A stretch of DNA of 63,114 nucleotides, filler included, from Craspedostauros australis (lineage: Eukaryota): the NCBI GenBank assembly GCA_030167865.1. It is 10 parts of 10 records of this genome, joined end to end, with 100 filler letters (N's around TTAATTAATTAA, not from the genome) between each part and the next. Parts side by side here need not be neighbours in the genome. Positions count along the whole stretch, not along the records: positions 44,146 to 48,552 come from JALAGF010004808.1; positions 48,653 to 55,616 come from JALAGF010004809.1; 8 more parts are not named here. One strand, given 5' to 3'. The position numbers were made by a program, and so were the translations under genes. Shown piece by piece: positions 44,146-55,716 of the stretch. The notes below the pieces were generated by a model, which was given only the letters and a program-made list of their open reading frames with translations, made no database searches and was not told the origin of the DNA. Every line of letters starts with the position of its first letter. Position 1 is the stretch's first letter.

Positions 44146-47100
44146 TCGGGCAGGATGCGTGTGCCACAGGCGGAGGTGATGTCCGACAACCAAAGCGCTC
44201 TGAGGTGTATGCGGGCGACGTTAGCCAGACCTAGCGTTGTCGTAGGGACTCCTGCTTGAATGGCTAGGTGCATGATTGTCTCGTCACCGCGGCGCGGTTG
44301 GCGGGCAGCACTACTTTGGTCTGTCATGACGATGCCGAGCTGTGAGGCGGTGTGGAAGGTGTTTTGCCACCACGTTGCAGCCGTCCAGGTCTTCCATTTA
44401 CTTTCATGCTGTTGCAGCTGCCCTGGTAGTCCGGTCCACAGTTCGAGGTGTCGAAGTGAGGAGCGTAGCAGCCGGCCTGTTTCTGTGTCTTGTTCGAAGT
44501 GTTGCATCACCATGGAAAGGTGGGAGATGACTTGCACTGTGTGCAGATTGTGCACCCCCATGCCCATGGCGTCGACGTGGCCGAAGACATACTCCCTGGC
44601 GATTGTCCGGGCGATACCCATGGACGGAAGAGCTGCGGTCAGGGCGGTGCTCATCACTGTGCGCCACTGGGCTGGAGACATGGTGGTGGCAGGAGCGGAG
44701 TAGGTCAACGACGGCCACAGCACAGACTTGAGGGCGATTTCCGTGTCCTGTTTGCTGATCCGGGACGTTCTGATGCGTTCCGCCCACTCCCTCGATTTGT
44801 TGAGGAGGTAGCTGGCGTGCTCTGTTTGCTTGCCGTCTCTTCGAGACATCATCCCCAGGTATTTGGCTGCGGTTCGAGGGCCCGTCAGTGCCAACTGGAT
44901 GCGCTGGCCGTCTGGGGAGTTCATGTGGACTCCGGTGGTGGGAGTAGATAGGTCATAGGTCCATTGTGTTCTGTGCCACTTGAATCGGATCAGCTGCCAG
45001 AAGCTCTTTGTCGGTTCTAGAGCTCCGCCCGTGGCAGTGAGTAGATTGTCCCAATGATCGACTGACGCTTGGAAGGCTGTGGCCTGCGCATTGGGAGTGT
45101 CTGCTTGCAGGCTCTGCATCACGTTGGTGTCGTCGACGTAGGCTGTCCCTGTGATGACGTGGCCGGCGTTAGTGATGGGATCGGGGAGGCTGAGTCCGTG
45201 CCCGCGGCGGCGCATGCTGTCGATGATGGCTGAACTGATCAGCAACCAGCCTGTTGGCGCGGATCCCAACCCCTGGACTAAACCTTGGAGGAATTGGCCT
45301 CGCTGCTTGCCTGAGTACAAAGCAGTCGACGTGCCTGCAGCGGTGCGTATGCGGTGAGTCATTGCCTGCAAAGTGCGCAGGGTGCTCTCGATGGGCGCTG
45401 CCGGCACTCCCTGTCGTCGTAGGGCCAAGCCGAATATGGGGTGGGCGATTCGATCGTAGCATCCCTTCGCATCGTTGGAGCAGACTGCGTAGTGGAGGCC
45501 GGTGACTCGGCCTACATTGTCGATGAGGGTGGTATTGAGTAGGACTTCTTGGGCCGTGTGGGCCTTCCGGCTTCCATATTGTTCAGCGGCGATGGTCCCG
45601 TTGCTCTCCGCGTGCGATCTGGCCTGTTTGCCGAGAAGGCGATTGTTCATGTTGAAGTCGCCTTCCATGAGTCCAATCGTCCTTGTTTTGGTGACTGCGA
45701 GATTGCCCGGTTTCTTCCTCAGCTGTATGTCGGTGCACTGTTGCCATCGCTGGAGGCTGTAGCCCGTGCGGTAAGGGATCTCACGCAGTATGGCGTCGAT
45801 GAGAGCAAGCTCTGGCACCTTCGCGTTGGCCTTCCAACACCCAAAGTGGATTCCAGACGGCCCGGAAGACGTGCTCTCTTTGATGCGTGACCATCCTTCG
45901 GAGTGGCTTTCATGGGTGATGGTCGTGTTCAGCCGGGGCCATGGGCTTGCCTGTGGGGGTTGGTGCAGAGCTTGGAGCACTTTGTTGGTGCTGGCACTGA
46001 TCTGCGATGGGACGATGCCGTGTAGGATGGCTGTGGCCGCCGTGCTGGTGCCGAATCGGCCAAGGCTGCGCTTCAATGGTCGCTGGCAGACCTCAGCTCG
46101 CCAGGCCTGGCTGTATTTGTCGATGTTGTTGTTACAGCATGCTCTGGCCACATCTTCTCCGGATGTGAGGAGATTCCCTTGCCCTCCTGGTCCGTCATCA
46201 ATAACGATGGACACTTGGGAGTCCTCGCCGTTCGCCTTAAGTGCCCAGCCGATGCGCCTGTAGGCCGCTCGCGTGTCTTCTCTTTGCTGGATTTGGGCTC
46301 TGTATTTCACAGTATCCTTGCCTGTTCTGGAGACTTCAGCTTCGTCGTCTGCGAGGAAAGTCCTCCAGTGGTTAGCGGCGTCTTGCTTCGCTTGTCGGTA
46401 ACGGCGCCATGCATCGTTTCTGCGTCTACCCATCTCTGTCAGGGTTATATGCCGGGTGAGTGCTGAGAGCTGTGCCTTTTCCCTGGCTTTGTCGACGGTG
46501 CGCCCTTTGATGTTGTGCCCTTTCCTACGCTTTATGCTGAGGGTCCAAAACCTGTGCTCCCAGTGTATTTTCGACAGTGCTGGCGAGAATGGGACTGCAC
46601 CTGCGCGTACTCGGCGGCAGTGGCGTTCAGCGTGTAGTATGGCCTGGGTTCGGTCTTTGTCGATGGCTTCGAGTTCGCGAATTTGCTTTGTTGTGATGGG
46701 ACCTTCTCCGATGTCTGAGTTGAGTGCTTCCGCGCGTGCTCGTAGCCGTTTGTTGCTGGCCTGCTTGGTGTACTCGTCTGTATACCTGCGCACTGTCGCT
46801 GGTTGGTTGAGTTGTAGCCTCCGTCCTCTGAATGGCGTGGTGGGTTGTTTGGAGGGTCCGAGTAGGCTAGCTGCGACGATGTCCATCCACACCGCTCTGT
46901 GGTCCCAGCCGCTGTAGGCTGTGAGGCCGAGCTGAGATGGGCGTATGTCACTCGTGGTCCATATTCCGTCGATTGGGATTCCTCTGGTGTTCCTGATCAT
47001 CGTGGCGTATGGGTGGTTGATCTGGTTGGAATGGTGTTCATGCATGCCTTCGGACTGGAGCATTGTCAATATTTTGGACCTTCTGATGTCCATGTTCACA

Positions 47101-47789
47101 TCACCCCCTACGATGATTGTTTCTCCTGCTTGCTTCCAGAGCGATATCTGGGTCTGCAGGTCGTGAATGAGCAGGTCTATCGGCTCCAGGTTGGATCCTC
47201 GTTGAGCTGCCTTGATTGCTTGTTGATTGTAGACTGTCCCGGTGGTTTGTGTTGACTTCGTGGGAACGTAGATGGACACCACTCGGACTTTGATGCCCTG
47301 CTTGCCTTGCAGCAGCATGCTTGCCCATCGCCCGCTTTGGTTGGGGTCGTTGCTGCGTGACAACACTCTGCCGGCGGCGTTGCCGTGGATGAGTACTGCC
47401 GTGCCGCCCCACTGACGAGGATTGCGGGCTGTGGTCCGGTAGTGTGATGTGCTGGTTTTCACCATGCGCAGGTGCCGCTCCGCTCGGTGTGCAAGTGTGG
47501 TATCTGTGGGAACTTGGTTCCAGTTGAGTCCGACCTCCGTGATGAGTAGTATGTCGATGTGGTGTTGGCGTGTGAACTGCCATAGGTCGTCGTTTTTGGG
47601 TTCCGTGGGGTCCGGTGGTAAGCTTCCGATGTTGAGGGTCGCTATCCTGATGTGGCCTTTTGGTTTGGGTTGGGTGGTTTGCCCTATGTGTTGTTGTTGA
47701 GAAGTTGATCCGTCCGGTCTCAATTCCTCTTGGTTGTCGGGTCCGTTGTTGTTCGAGCTGGACTGTGCCCGTTGGTGGCTGACTATCAT
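44146..47789 (-). CDS. Second Ambal-like LINE ORF2 (APE + RT; 3' part beyond contig end)
   Basis: ATLNI..TEVGLNW..GGDVN..IDGIW..DHRA; SNDAKGCYDRI..GLVQG..YVDD; collinear with, but divergent from, 1129-6564. Confidence 0.92.
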
Positions 47790-48552
47790 GGTTGCGGGTC
47801 TCCATTGGGCTGCGGAGGTTCGCTGTCGGGTTTTCCCAGTTGTCGTCGGAGAGCTTGTACTTGTGCGAGCAGTTGTTCTTCCTTGGATTGGGGCTGGTTG
47901 TACCTGGTGGCGGTTCCTGTGCGGAGAATGCTGCTTGGGTTGGTGGTTGCTTGGTCTTGTTGTCCTTGTTGTGTGTTGGTTGTGGCCGAGTTGTCATCGG
48001 TTGGTCTGGGGGCCGCCGTGTACGCTGAGTCCATCGACCTGTTGGCTGTCCCAATTGTTGAATTCGGATTGAACAAGCTGCGGTTGTCGAGTGCAGCCGG
48101 CCTGTGGTTGACTGGCATCATGTCGGGTATGTTGGTGATGACCACGCTGGCCGGAAAAGATTCGTCGGCAATCGCGCCGAGATAGTGAACATCTGGGGAG
48201 GTGTAGTCATTGGTGTCTGGGTCATACACGATGCTCAGGCTTGCCAACCAGACCTCTGGGCTGAACCATTTCTCCGCTTTGTCTCCCACTTTGTGNCTTG
48301 CCACTGCTGGTAGTAGGCTCATGAAGTGTTTTGCGTCTGCTAGGTACTCTGGGAAGGAATGGGCCACGATCTGGTCGTCTGTGCCCCGGGCTCTGTCCAC
48401 ACTGTGGAAGATGCTCTTTCCTTCTGCGTTGGTTTAGCGGAGGATAAGTTTCCGTAGTGTGATGGAACGCCCGTCCTTGCCTTTGACCTTTTTGTCCAGG
48501 TGCATGACTCCATCTGAATCTGAGTACTCGATCACGGAGAGGATGGCTTGGT
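47786..48552 (-). pseudogene. Second LINE ORF1 C-terminal part with in-frame TAA at 48434-48436
   Basis: ITLRKLILR*TNAEGKSIFHSVD..LLPAV..KWFSPE is homologous to ORF1 of the first LINE. Confidence 0.75.
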
Positions 48553-48652
48553 NNNNNNNNNNNNNNNNNNNNNNNNNNNNNNNNNNNNNNNNNNNNTTAA
48601 TTAATTAANNNNNNNNNNNNNNNNNNNNNNNNNNNNNNNNNNNNNNNNNNNN
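48553..48652. other. Artificial contig linker
   Basis: N44-TTAATTAATTAA-N44. Confidence 0.97.
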
Positions 48653-48653
48653 T

Positions 48654-49446
48654 GTGACCGTCGTCGTCACCTATCGCCGTGTCTTCGACTGGATGCTCAG
48701 CAGCATCAAGCAGGATCACTCCCGCAAAATCGACAAAGCGTTTGCGATAAGCCAATGGTCTGCCGACGGCGGAAAGGCTCAAGAACGGACCTGGCCCATC
48801 ATTTGCGGCTGGGTCCGCCAGAGCTTGCCTCTTGCGCGCGATCCCAACAGGCGCAAAATGGTCACAGGGACGTACGTCTTCATGGATGGTTCCATACATC
48901 TCTGGAATTCAGGCGGCTTTGCAACGCACATCCTCAACATGCATTCCCAACGCCACATCACGCAGCAGCTGATTTGTGATTTCATCCATGATGCGCCCCA
49001 TTCCTGTCGGTATCTGCAGGAGAAAAAAGACAACCCACCAAGGAACGTTCGCAACATGCTGTGGTACAAGCACAATGACATTGTCTTCTCAGCCGCGGAG
49101 CGAGGCGTGATTCCCAAAAACAAGCAAGCCCACCAATCAAGGATAAGCATTGCGAATCTACTGGCACGCTACCATGGTCACACATGCAACAAGATGATGG
49201 CAGATCTGCCATTGGTTTGCCCTTCCGACGATCAGCTGGAGCACTTTCTCAACATGTCGCTGAGTATAGAACGCCGATTGATGCCTGATTGGTACGCTTC
49301 TCCAGGGCGAATCGCTGCATCGATCAGCATTTCAACACACCGCGTATCGCAAACGCGAGTTTTGCGAAGTGGACTTGGACCGACTCTTTCAGAATGTCAC
49401 ATCCTGGAATGGTCTGTTGCGAAACCTCAATCGGACTTGGGATTGA
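48654..49446 (+). pseudogene. C-terminal part of a diatom hypothetical protein (possibly sulfotransferase-like), probable frameshift ~49308
   Basis: VVVTYRRVFDWMLS..ILNMH..LPLVCPS; plausible C-terminus HRSAF..FCEVDLDRLF..SW lies in another frame. Confidence 0.45.
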
Positions 49447-50017
49447 GGAGAGGCTGCAGAATCCTGCAATTATCATCCGCGTGCAACGTCGCAACCAGCA
49501 ATGATGGGCTTCTGCGCTGTTGTGGGTTCCGACATGCCATTGCATGTCAATAGAGTAGAGTACATACCCATGCATTGTAAATGAATCAATTTGATGAACA
49601 AGGAAATGAGTTTCGTCGATCATATGGTACAGTACAGTGTTAGGATCTACGGAAGGTACCATGCTGTCGAGAGTAAACACTCTGTTTTATTTGCAGAGAT
49701 AATAGGTTGGAAATGAGATGGCTTTCCTTTTCGAAATCACGAGATTACTGGTACAGTCGTGTGTAGATACTCCACGGTCTCGACTCGAACTCGTAGACTT
49801 CATCTCATTGTATGTACATACGGACAGACTATTGCAGTGTCGGACACCGATGTGAACTCGGGATTGTCGCACGACTGAGAACATAATGGAATTCGATCGA
49901 AGAACACATCGAGAATTCCTCCGAAAATCGATCAATCATGGCACGACTCGTCCGAGAAACACAAACCTCCTCACAAAATGCAACAACAAGCCACAAGCAA
50001 CAACGAAGGACACGACA

Positions 50018-50410
50018 ATGATATTCTCACTTTCACCATTCGATACCTACGATGGCGAGCACGAGCCGTACTTTCGCCGCAGTCAGCCGCAACACTATAC
50101 GACTATGAACGCCGATGAGATGTACAATCGGAGACACTCGTCCGCTGCTGCTCGCAGAGAATCGCAACGACGGGCGGAGATCGAACACTACTACCAACAC
50201 AAGCAAATGGAAGAGATGCAGGAAGCCATGCGGCAGCGCCGCCGCCGCCAGGAATATGAGCACTTTGGTCTGCGTCAGCAAAGATACTTCTGTCATCCCT
50301 CATTGGCATCATGCCAATCAACCCCGAAGATCTGCTTCGGCGGGGACGAACGAGCCAATGTGACCTATTCGAACCCACAATCACAACACCGACACGGCCG
50401 TGCCGGATGA
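50018..50410 (+). CDS. Small hypothetical protein, Arg/Gln/Glu-rich helix
   Basis: MIFSLSPFD.. after an A/C-rich leader; no recognisable domain. Confidence 0.35.
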   Translation: MIFSLSPFDTYDGEHEPYFRRSQPQHYTTMNADEMYNRRHSSAAARRESQRRAEIEHYYQHKQMEEMQEAMRQRRRRQEYEHFGLRQQRYFCHPSLASCQSTPKICFGGDERANVTYSNPQSQHRHGRAG

Positions 50411-50533
50411 CAGCATGAGCCATCGCTCTCGATCTTCAATTCCCAACCTGTTACCTCCAAAGATCAACAACAACATCCATGGGAGGAGTGAAGAAGGATC
50501 AAGCGCCACAGCGGACTTGTATTCGAACCAACG

Positions 50534-51444
50534 ATGATGCGAATAGCATTGCTCTCTCTTCTGGCCATCGCGGCTTGGATCGATGTACGTGATGGGCTTC
50601 ACCTTGGTACGCATCAGACAACTCCACTTCCGTCATCGTTCTCACCATCGTCGGTACAGCGTCCATCATCACCACGAGTGTCGCAGCCATCGCCAGCATC
50701 ATCGGAGAACAGCAGAAGATCTTTCTTGCAGCGCACACCAGCTGCTATCGCATCATGCATTGCCAGCACCGTGCTGATATCATCGCCATCGCCTTCCTGT
50801 GCCATAACCGCGCCTGTGGATACGACATCGCGTATGGTGGATGTTGGCGGCGGCTTCGATCTGCGATCCGGCAAGCAGCTCAAGACGATCGACGCAGTAT
50901 TTCCAAGATCGATGGAAGGAACATGGAATTGCGAACGGTTGGTCGTGTCATCGGGGGAGATGGTTTCCAAGCCGAATCAGCGTGGAAGGCACTTGACGGA
51001 GGAAGTAGAAATAATGGCAAGCTCAAGACGCCCGAACAGTACCAAGTCAAGTTCATCCTATCCGCACAAATCGGCGACGTCGAAGGTGTTGTGATGGATC
51101 GGGCATTCGAGATACAATCTCGGGCAGGCGCGACCAAGATCTTCTAGGATGTGGATTCCCCAAATGTGTTGTGTTACGATGGGAGGATGATCACTGCCGT
51201 GCAAAGATCTGTGGAGCTTCCAAGCGACAAGGGGTTTGGTTCCGCCGAGCTGTTTCTGATTGAGGAAGGTCTGTTCGAACGCGCCGCGCAAGTCAAACGC
51301 AGATTCCGAAGGGGATAGGATGATGGCGGCAATCGAATTGTGGAAGGCTTGGAGATCATGAAGACGTACCGTGGTTTGGATGGTGTTGCTGGGACGGAGA
51401 TGCCGACATCCACAACCAAGTCGATGATCCGATTGACTCGGTAA
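50534..51444 (+). pseudogene. Plastid/thylakoid-targeted conserved protein (DUF6816-like), disrupted
   Basis: Signal peptide, Ser-rich transit, RRSFL; FPRSMEGTWNCER, frameshift ~50949, DRAFEI, TAG ~51145, QVKRRFRR, TAG ~51316, EGLEIMKTY..PTSTTKS. Confidence 0.65.
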
Positions 51445-51700
51445 TCGCCATGATCAGTGGAGAGACAGCGTAAAACAATAGCAATTTCGAAGGAATCTTC
51501 CTCACGCTGTAAGCATTTTCGTTGCACTCTACATCTGTCAAGCTCTCGCAACTACTCTCTGGAGCTCCCTATGAATGGAAATACTCTGCATCGTCGCTGC
51601 CGCACTTGTAGGTATGGCAGAAAAATGGAACAGAATACCTTCGTCACACGAGTAAATCGAATTTCAATCAAGAATGGCACCACATGGAGAGATACGTAAG

Positions 51701-53400
51701 CTATCGCAGCGCCTCGGTTATGACATTGCGATTCGGCGCACCCCACACATCTTCTACCTTCAGATCGCCGCTGCCGCTTGCTTCCTTCGTGTGCGCTCCG
51801 ATGCTGGCCAACGACAGAGCGAAGACGGCACTTTGGCCGCCCGTGATAGCTTCTTCCGGAAATTGGACCCCGGCCTGCACGTGACCGGCGAGGACTGCGC
51901 AGCAAAACGCGACCACACATTCACCGACGCAGGGTTCCAGATTCTCGTGCGCGTAGAGGGCCGTAGCTCGGATGGATGAATCTGAATCGCACGTGACGTC
52001 GCATCGCATCGCATGGCGTTGGTGGCGCCGGCAAAATAATCGACGACGCGGACGATCGGCAGCGAGAAGATTGCGAGCTTGGTCATGATCTGTTCGTTGG
52101 CAAGCAAGGATGATGGNAGCTGCGCCATGGCGCCGAGCAACGTGTTCCAGAATCCTGGTGCGGTTCCGAACAATGACTTGACGCTGCCGACTCCCAGAAC
52201 GTCATGGCTGTTGATTCGTATGGTTTGGTTTGGTATGGTTTCATGTCGTGTCGTGTGCATGATTGGTTGGCAGTATTTCGAGAAGGAACATTCCAAGAAT
52301 TTGCAGCGAAGCAGCGCAGAAGTCAGAGGATGAGTGTATCATTGTGATGTGGCTGGATGTAATGCTTGCGAACCTGGGTAATTGATCAGTACAAAGGATC
52401 AGTCAGGATTGGGCAACGAGGAGCAGCATGAAAGGGAGATACGACAGTCTCCACAATTCTCTTCATCCACCTCATCTCCCCCCGAATAGAACCATGCCGA
52501 TCACTCACACGGACGCGCTCTCCAATAGATTCAAAGGGGCGATCGGCTTGTCCCCCACGATGGAACCGAAATTGACCGTCTCGTAGTCCTTCATCGCCGC
52601 GACTGGAATGCGGCGACCCTTGACGACCATCAACGCTTCTTCCGCCAGAATGAGGAACGTTGCCACGAGCAGGGTTGCTCCGGCACCGCCTGATCCCGCC
52701 GTGAAGAACCCGAAATCGACACTGAGATCGGCTGGCTTGAGGTTCTTGTTTTGCTGCAGGACTTGCCGCACGAGCTGCTTGGCCATGAGACTGGAAACGC
52801 CTGGCCAGCATCCGGTGCTGATGATGCAAGGGACGTTGGATTCGATGGCCTTGGCATTGTACTTCGCCTTGGCGGCAGATTATGTGCAGTAGTCATCGCA
52901 GACGTCGATGTAAGCAACGCTGTTGGACACGCAGGCCGCGATGACACCGTTGGGTGTCTTGACCTTGCCTTGGAAGCGACCGGCCGTGTGGACTCACATA
53001 TCGTAGCTGCCCCGCTGCAGCACCGATGCGACGGATTGCTCCTCCTCGCGGTCCAGAGCCTGGAATTGCACATCGTCTACCAGCAGGTTGGGGAAGCTGG
53101 TGTGCCAGCGTTGCTGCGCCGCGAGGAAGGGATCGATGCTGGTGCCACCCACGGTGACCACCGATCCTCGCTTCAGCAGCTGCGTCACGACGCTTCCGCC
53201 CACACGTCCCGATCCACCGACCACCAGGACATTCTTTCCATCCAGAACATCAAATGAGATCTCTGTCTTGGCTACCACGTGCAACGAAGGAAGTCTCCGG
53301 GCGGCGCAAGCACCAGCATCCCCATGAGTCTCATGACCTACTATCGAAGCTGACGAAGGTCATGAAGGCAATGAAGGAACAAACGCAATGCTTGTTGACA
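51701..53400 (-). pseudogene. Saccharopine dehydrogenase-like oxidoreductase with intron 52208-52508, disrupted
   Basis: VLVVGGSGRVG; stop at 52994; HTAG..YIDVCDD; frameshift; GCWPGVS..FTAGSGGAG; GTGAGT..CAG intron restores ESASV-HDVLG; 5-bp GCGAT duplication frameshift ~52005. Confidence 0.85.
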
Positions 53401-54026
53401 GACAGCATGCGAACGCATAGCATGCGACGAGGCAATGCGATCTGATCATCGTCGAGCAAGGGAGTCGTATGATGTTTACTCTCGAGAAGAGTACGTATTG
53501 TGTTTGGGTATTGTGGGTCGAAGTTTGTGCAATGTGTGTTGCTGTCTTCTCGAGGGGAAACTGAGCGAACGCAGATGGCGAACATTTCTGAGTCAAGGAT
53601 ACGCACACATGCGACAAAGTGGAGTCGCGAATCCCTCCTCACACTCGCACGACTCGTTTGAGTGACGGGACCTGAAGATCATTCGATACACCCACAGCAA
53701 CACAAGGTCGTACGGCGACTTGTGCACAAAGAGAGAGACGAAGAGAGGACCATGCGACCAAGACTACAAGACTACAAGACAACAACACACACCATTCACT
53801 CCCATACTCGAGCACATCAACAACAGACATCGAATTGCCACTCATATTCATCGCACAGTGCATGGTACTCATCCTAACACTAATGCAAGCTATTGAAGAC
53901 ACACCATCGATATCTCTGCCATAGGTAGCTCAGACTACGTGCTTCCTCAACAGCCAATTCAACGTCAATCATCCAACGTCCAACGTCAATCGTCAAGCAA
54001 CCATCGACCATCGACCATCCTCTCAA

Positions 54027-55394
54027 ATGGCGAATGTTTCGAAGTATGAACTCTTTGTTGCTGCCTGGGAAGGTAACTTGTCGGTGTTGAAGGAATGGAA
54101 GAAGCAGAACAAGACGCAAGATGAAGAAGTTGATGTCAACAAGGTTACATACTGCAAAGGTTGGACTCCCCTTCATTGGGCATGTCAGAACGGCATGCTG
54201 GAGTGTGTGAAGTACCTCATCGAATCATGTGAGGCGAACATCAACTGCGAAGACAACTATGGTTGGACTCCCCTTCATCATGCATGCACGAGCAACCAGC
54301 TGGAGTGTATCGAGTATCTCATCAAATCATGTGAGGCGAACATCAACTGCAAAGACAACAATGGAAACACTCCCCTCTATGAGGCATGCATTAACAGCCA
54401 CCTGGAGTGTATCGAGTATCTCATCAAATCATGCGGGGCGAACATCAACTGCCACAACAACTATGGTTCCACTCCCCTTCATGATGCATGCGACCGTGGC
54501 AAGCTGGAGTGTGTGAAGTACCTCATCGAATCATGCGGGGCGAACACCAACTGCAAAGACAACAATGGTGACACTCCCTTTCATAAGGCATGCATCAAAG
54601 GCCACCTGGAGTGTGTGGAGTGCCTCATCAAATCAGGTGGGGCGAGCATCAACTGCGAAGACCACGATGGTGAAACTGCCCTTCATAAGGCATGCTACTG
54701 GGGCGAGCTGGAGTGTGTGAAGTACCTCATCAAATCATGTGAGGTGAACATCAACTGCAAAGACAACGATGGTGAAACTCCCCTTCATAAGGCATGCTTC
54801 AACGGCCACCTGGAGTGTATCGAGCACCTCATCAAATCATGTGGGGCGAACGTCAACTGCAACAACAACAACTCTAGTGCCACTCCCCTTCATCACGCAT
54901 GCCACAACGGCCACCTGGAGTGTGTGAAGTACCTCATCGAATCATGTGGGGCGAACATCAACTGCAAAGACAGCTTTGGTTCCACTATCCTTCATGGGGC
55001 ATGCTACAACAGCGACCTGGAATGTATCGAGTACCTCATCAAATCAGATGGGGTGAACATCAACTGCAACAACAACAATGGTGACACTCCCCTTCGTTGG
55101 GCATGCCGCCACGGCGAGCTGGAGAGTATCGAGTCCCTCATTAGAGGACTTTCGCCTTCAGCTCATCCACACCTACAACAACGCTCACAACAGAATGAGC
55201 CAGAGAAGGAACAGCTGCAACAACAGTTGGGGCAGCAGTTGAACCTGAAGGAACAGAAGGAACAAGCAAATGAACAACCACAACAACAGTTGAGACAGCA
55301 GTTGAAGCGAAAGAGGCAAGAGAATGAACACAAGCACAGCAGCCACAAGAGGACCAACATCAGCATTGGAGAAGACCGACTCAAGTCCTTCTAA
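54027..55394 (+). CDS. Ankyrin-repeat protein (10 tandem 102-bp units) plus short coiled coil; BTB disconnected
   Basis: TPLH-type units start at 54165, 54267, 54369, 54471, 54573, 54675, 54777, 54882, 54984, 55086; paralog of 18679-20694. Confidence 0.9.
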   Translation: MANVSKYELFVAAWEGNLSVLKEWKKQNKTQDEEVDVNKVTYCKGWTPLHWACQNGMLECVKYLIESCEANINCEDNYGWTPLHHACTSNQLECIEYLIKSCEANINCKDNNGNTPLYEACINSHLECIEYLIKSCGANINCHNNYGSTPLHDACDRGKLECVKYLIESCGANTNCKDNNGDTPFHKACIKGHLECVECLIKSGGASINCEDHDGETALHKACYWGELECVKYLIKSCEVNINCKDNDGETPLHKACFNGHLECIEHLIKSCGANVNCNNNNSSATPLHHACHNGHLECVKYLIESCGANINCKDSFGSTILHGACYNSDLECIEYLIKSDGVNINCNNNNGDTPLRWACRHGELESIESLIRGLSPSAHPHLQQRSQQNEPEKEQLQQQLGQQLNLKEQKEQANEQPQQQLRQQLKRKRQENEHKHSSHKRTNISIGEDRLKSF

Positions 55395-55616
55395 CTGGGA
55401 ACAGGACAGATTCCGTCTTCTTGTGTGGACAGGACGACGAACAGTAACCAATCAAGGCAAACTCCGAAGTCCTAATGATCACCCTCCCATCCATTGAGAT
55501 ACTGATCGACATAGGAATCCAACACCAGCACGCGAATGATGGCACAGAAGACTACGCGGCCCCCATGCAAGCAACCGTCTCTCTTCCCAACCTTCAACCA
55601 AAACACGTCCAACATA
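55395..55616 (+). pseudogene. Out-of-frame BTB remnant of the ankyrin gene
   Basis: DSVFLCGQDDEQ*PIKANSEVL..LPNLQPKHV aligns with the paralog BTB (about 43/66 identical by manual count). Confidence 0.85.
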
Positions 55617-55716
55617 NNNNNNNNNNNNNNNNNNNNNNNNNNNNNNNNNNNNNNNNNNNNTTAATTAATTAANNNNNNNNNNNNNNNNNNNNNNNNNNNN
55701 NNNNNNNNNNNNNNNN
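55617..55716. other. Artificial contig linker
   Basis: N44-TTAATTAATTAA-N44. Confidence 0.97.

Noticed and set aside
54165..55140. Diversity-generating retroelement acting on the ankyrin repeats
   Set aside because: No template/variable repeat pair or adenine-specific pattern is evident, and all RTs here are LINE or Copia type on other scaffolds.
48434..55450. In-frame TAA/TAG as evidence of stop-codon reassignment
   Set aside because: TGA stops and frameshifts also occur, the stops fall at positions expected to be different residues, and 1811-aa and 1689-aa ORFs contain none. Decay explains it.
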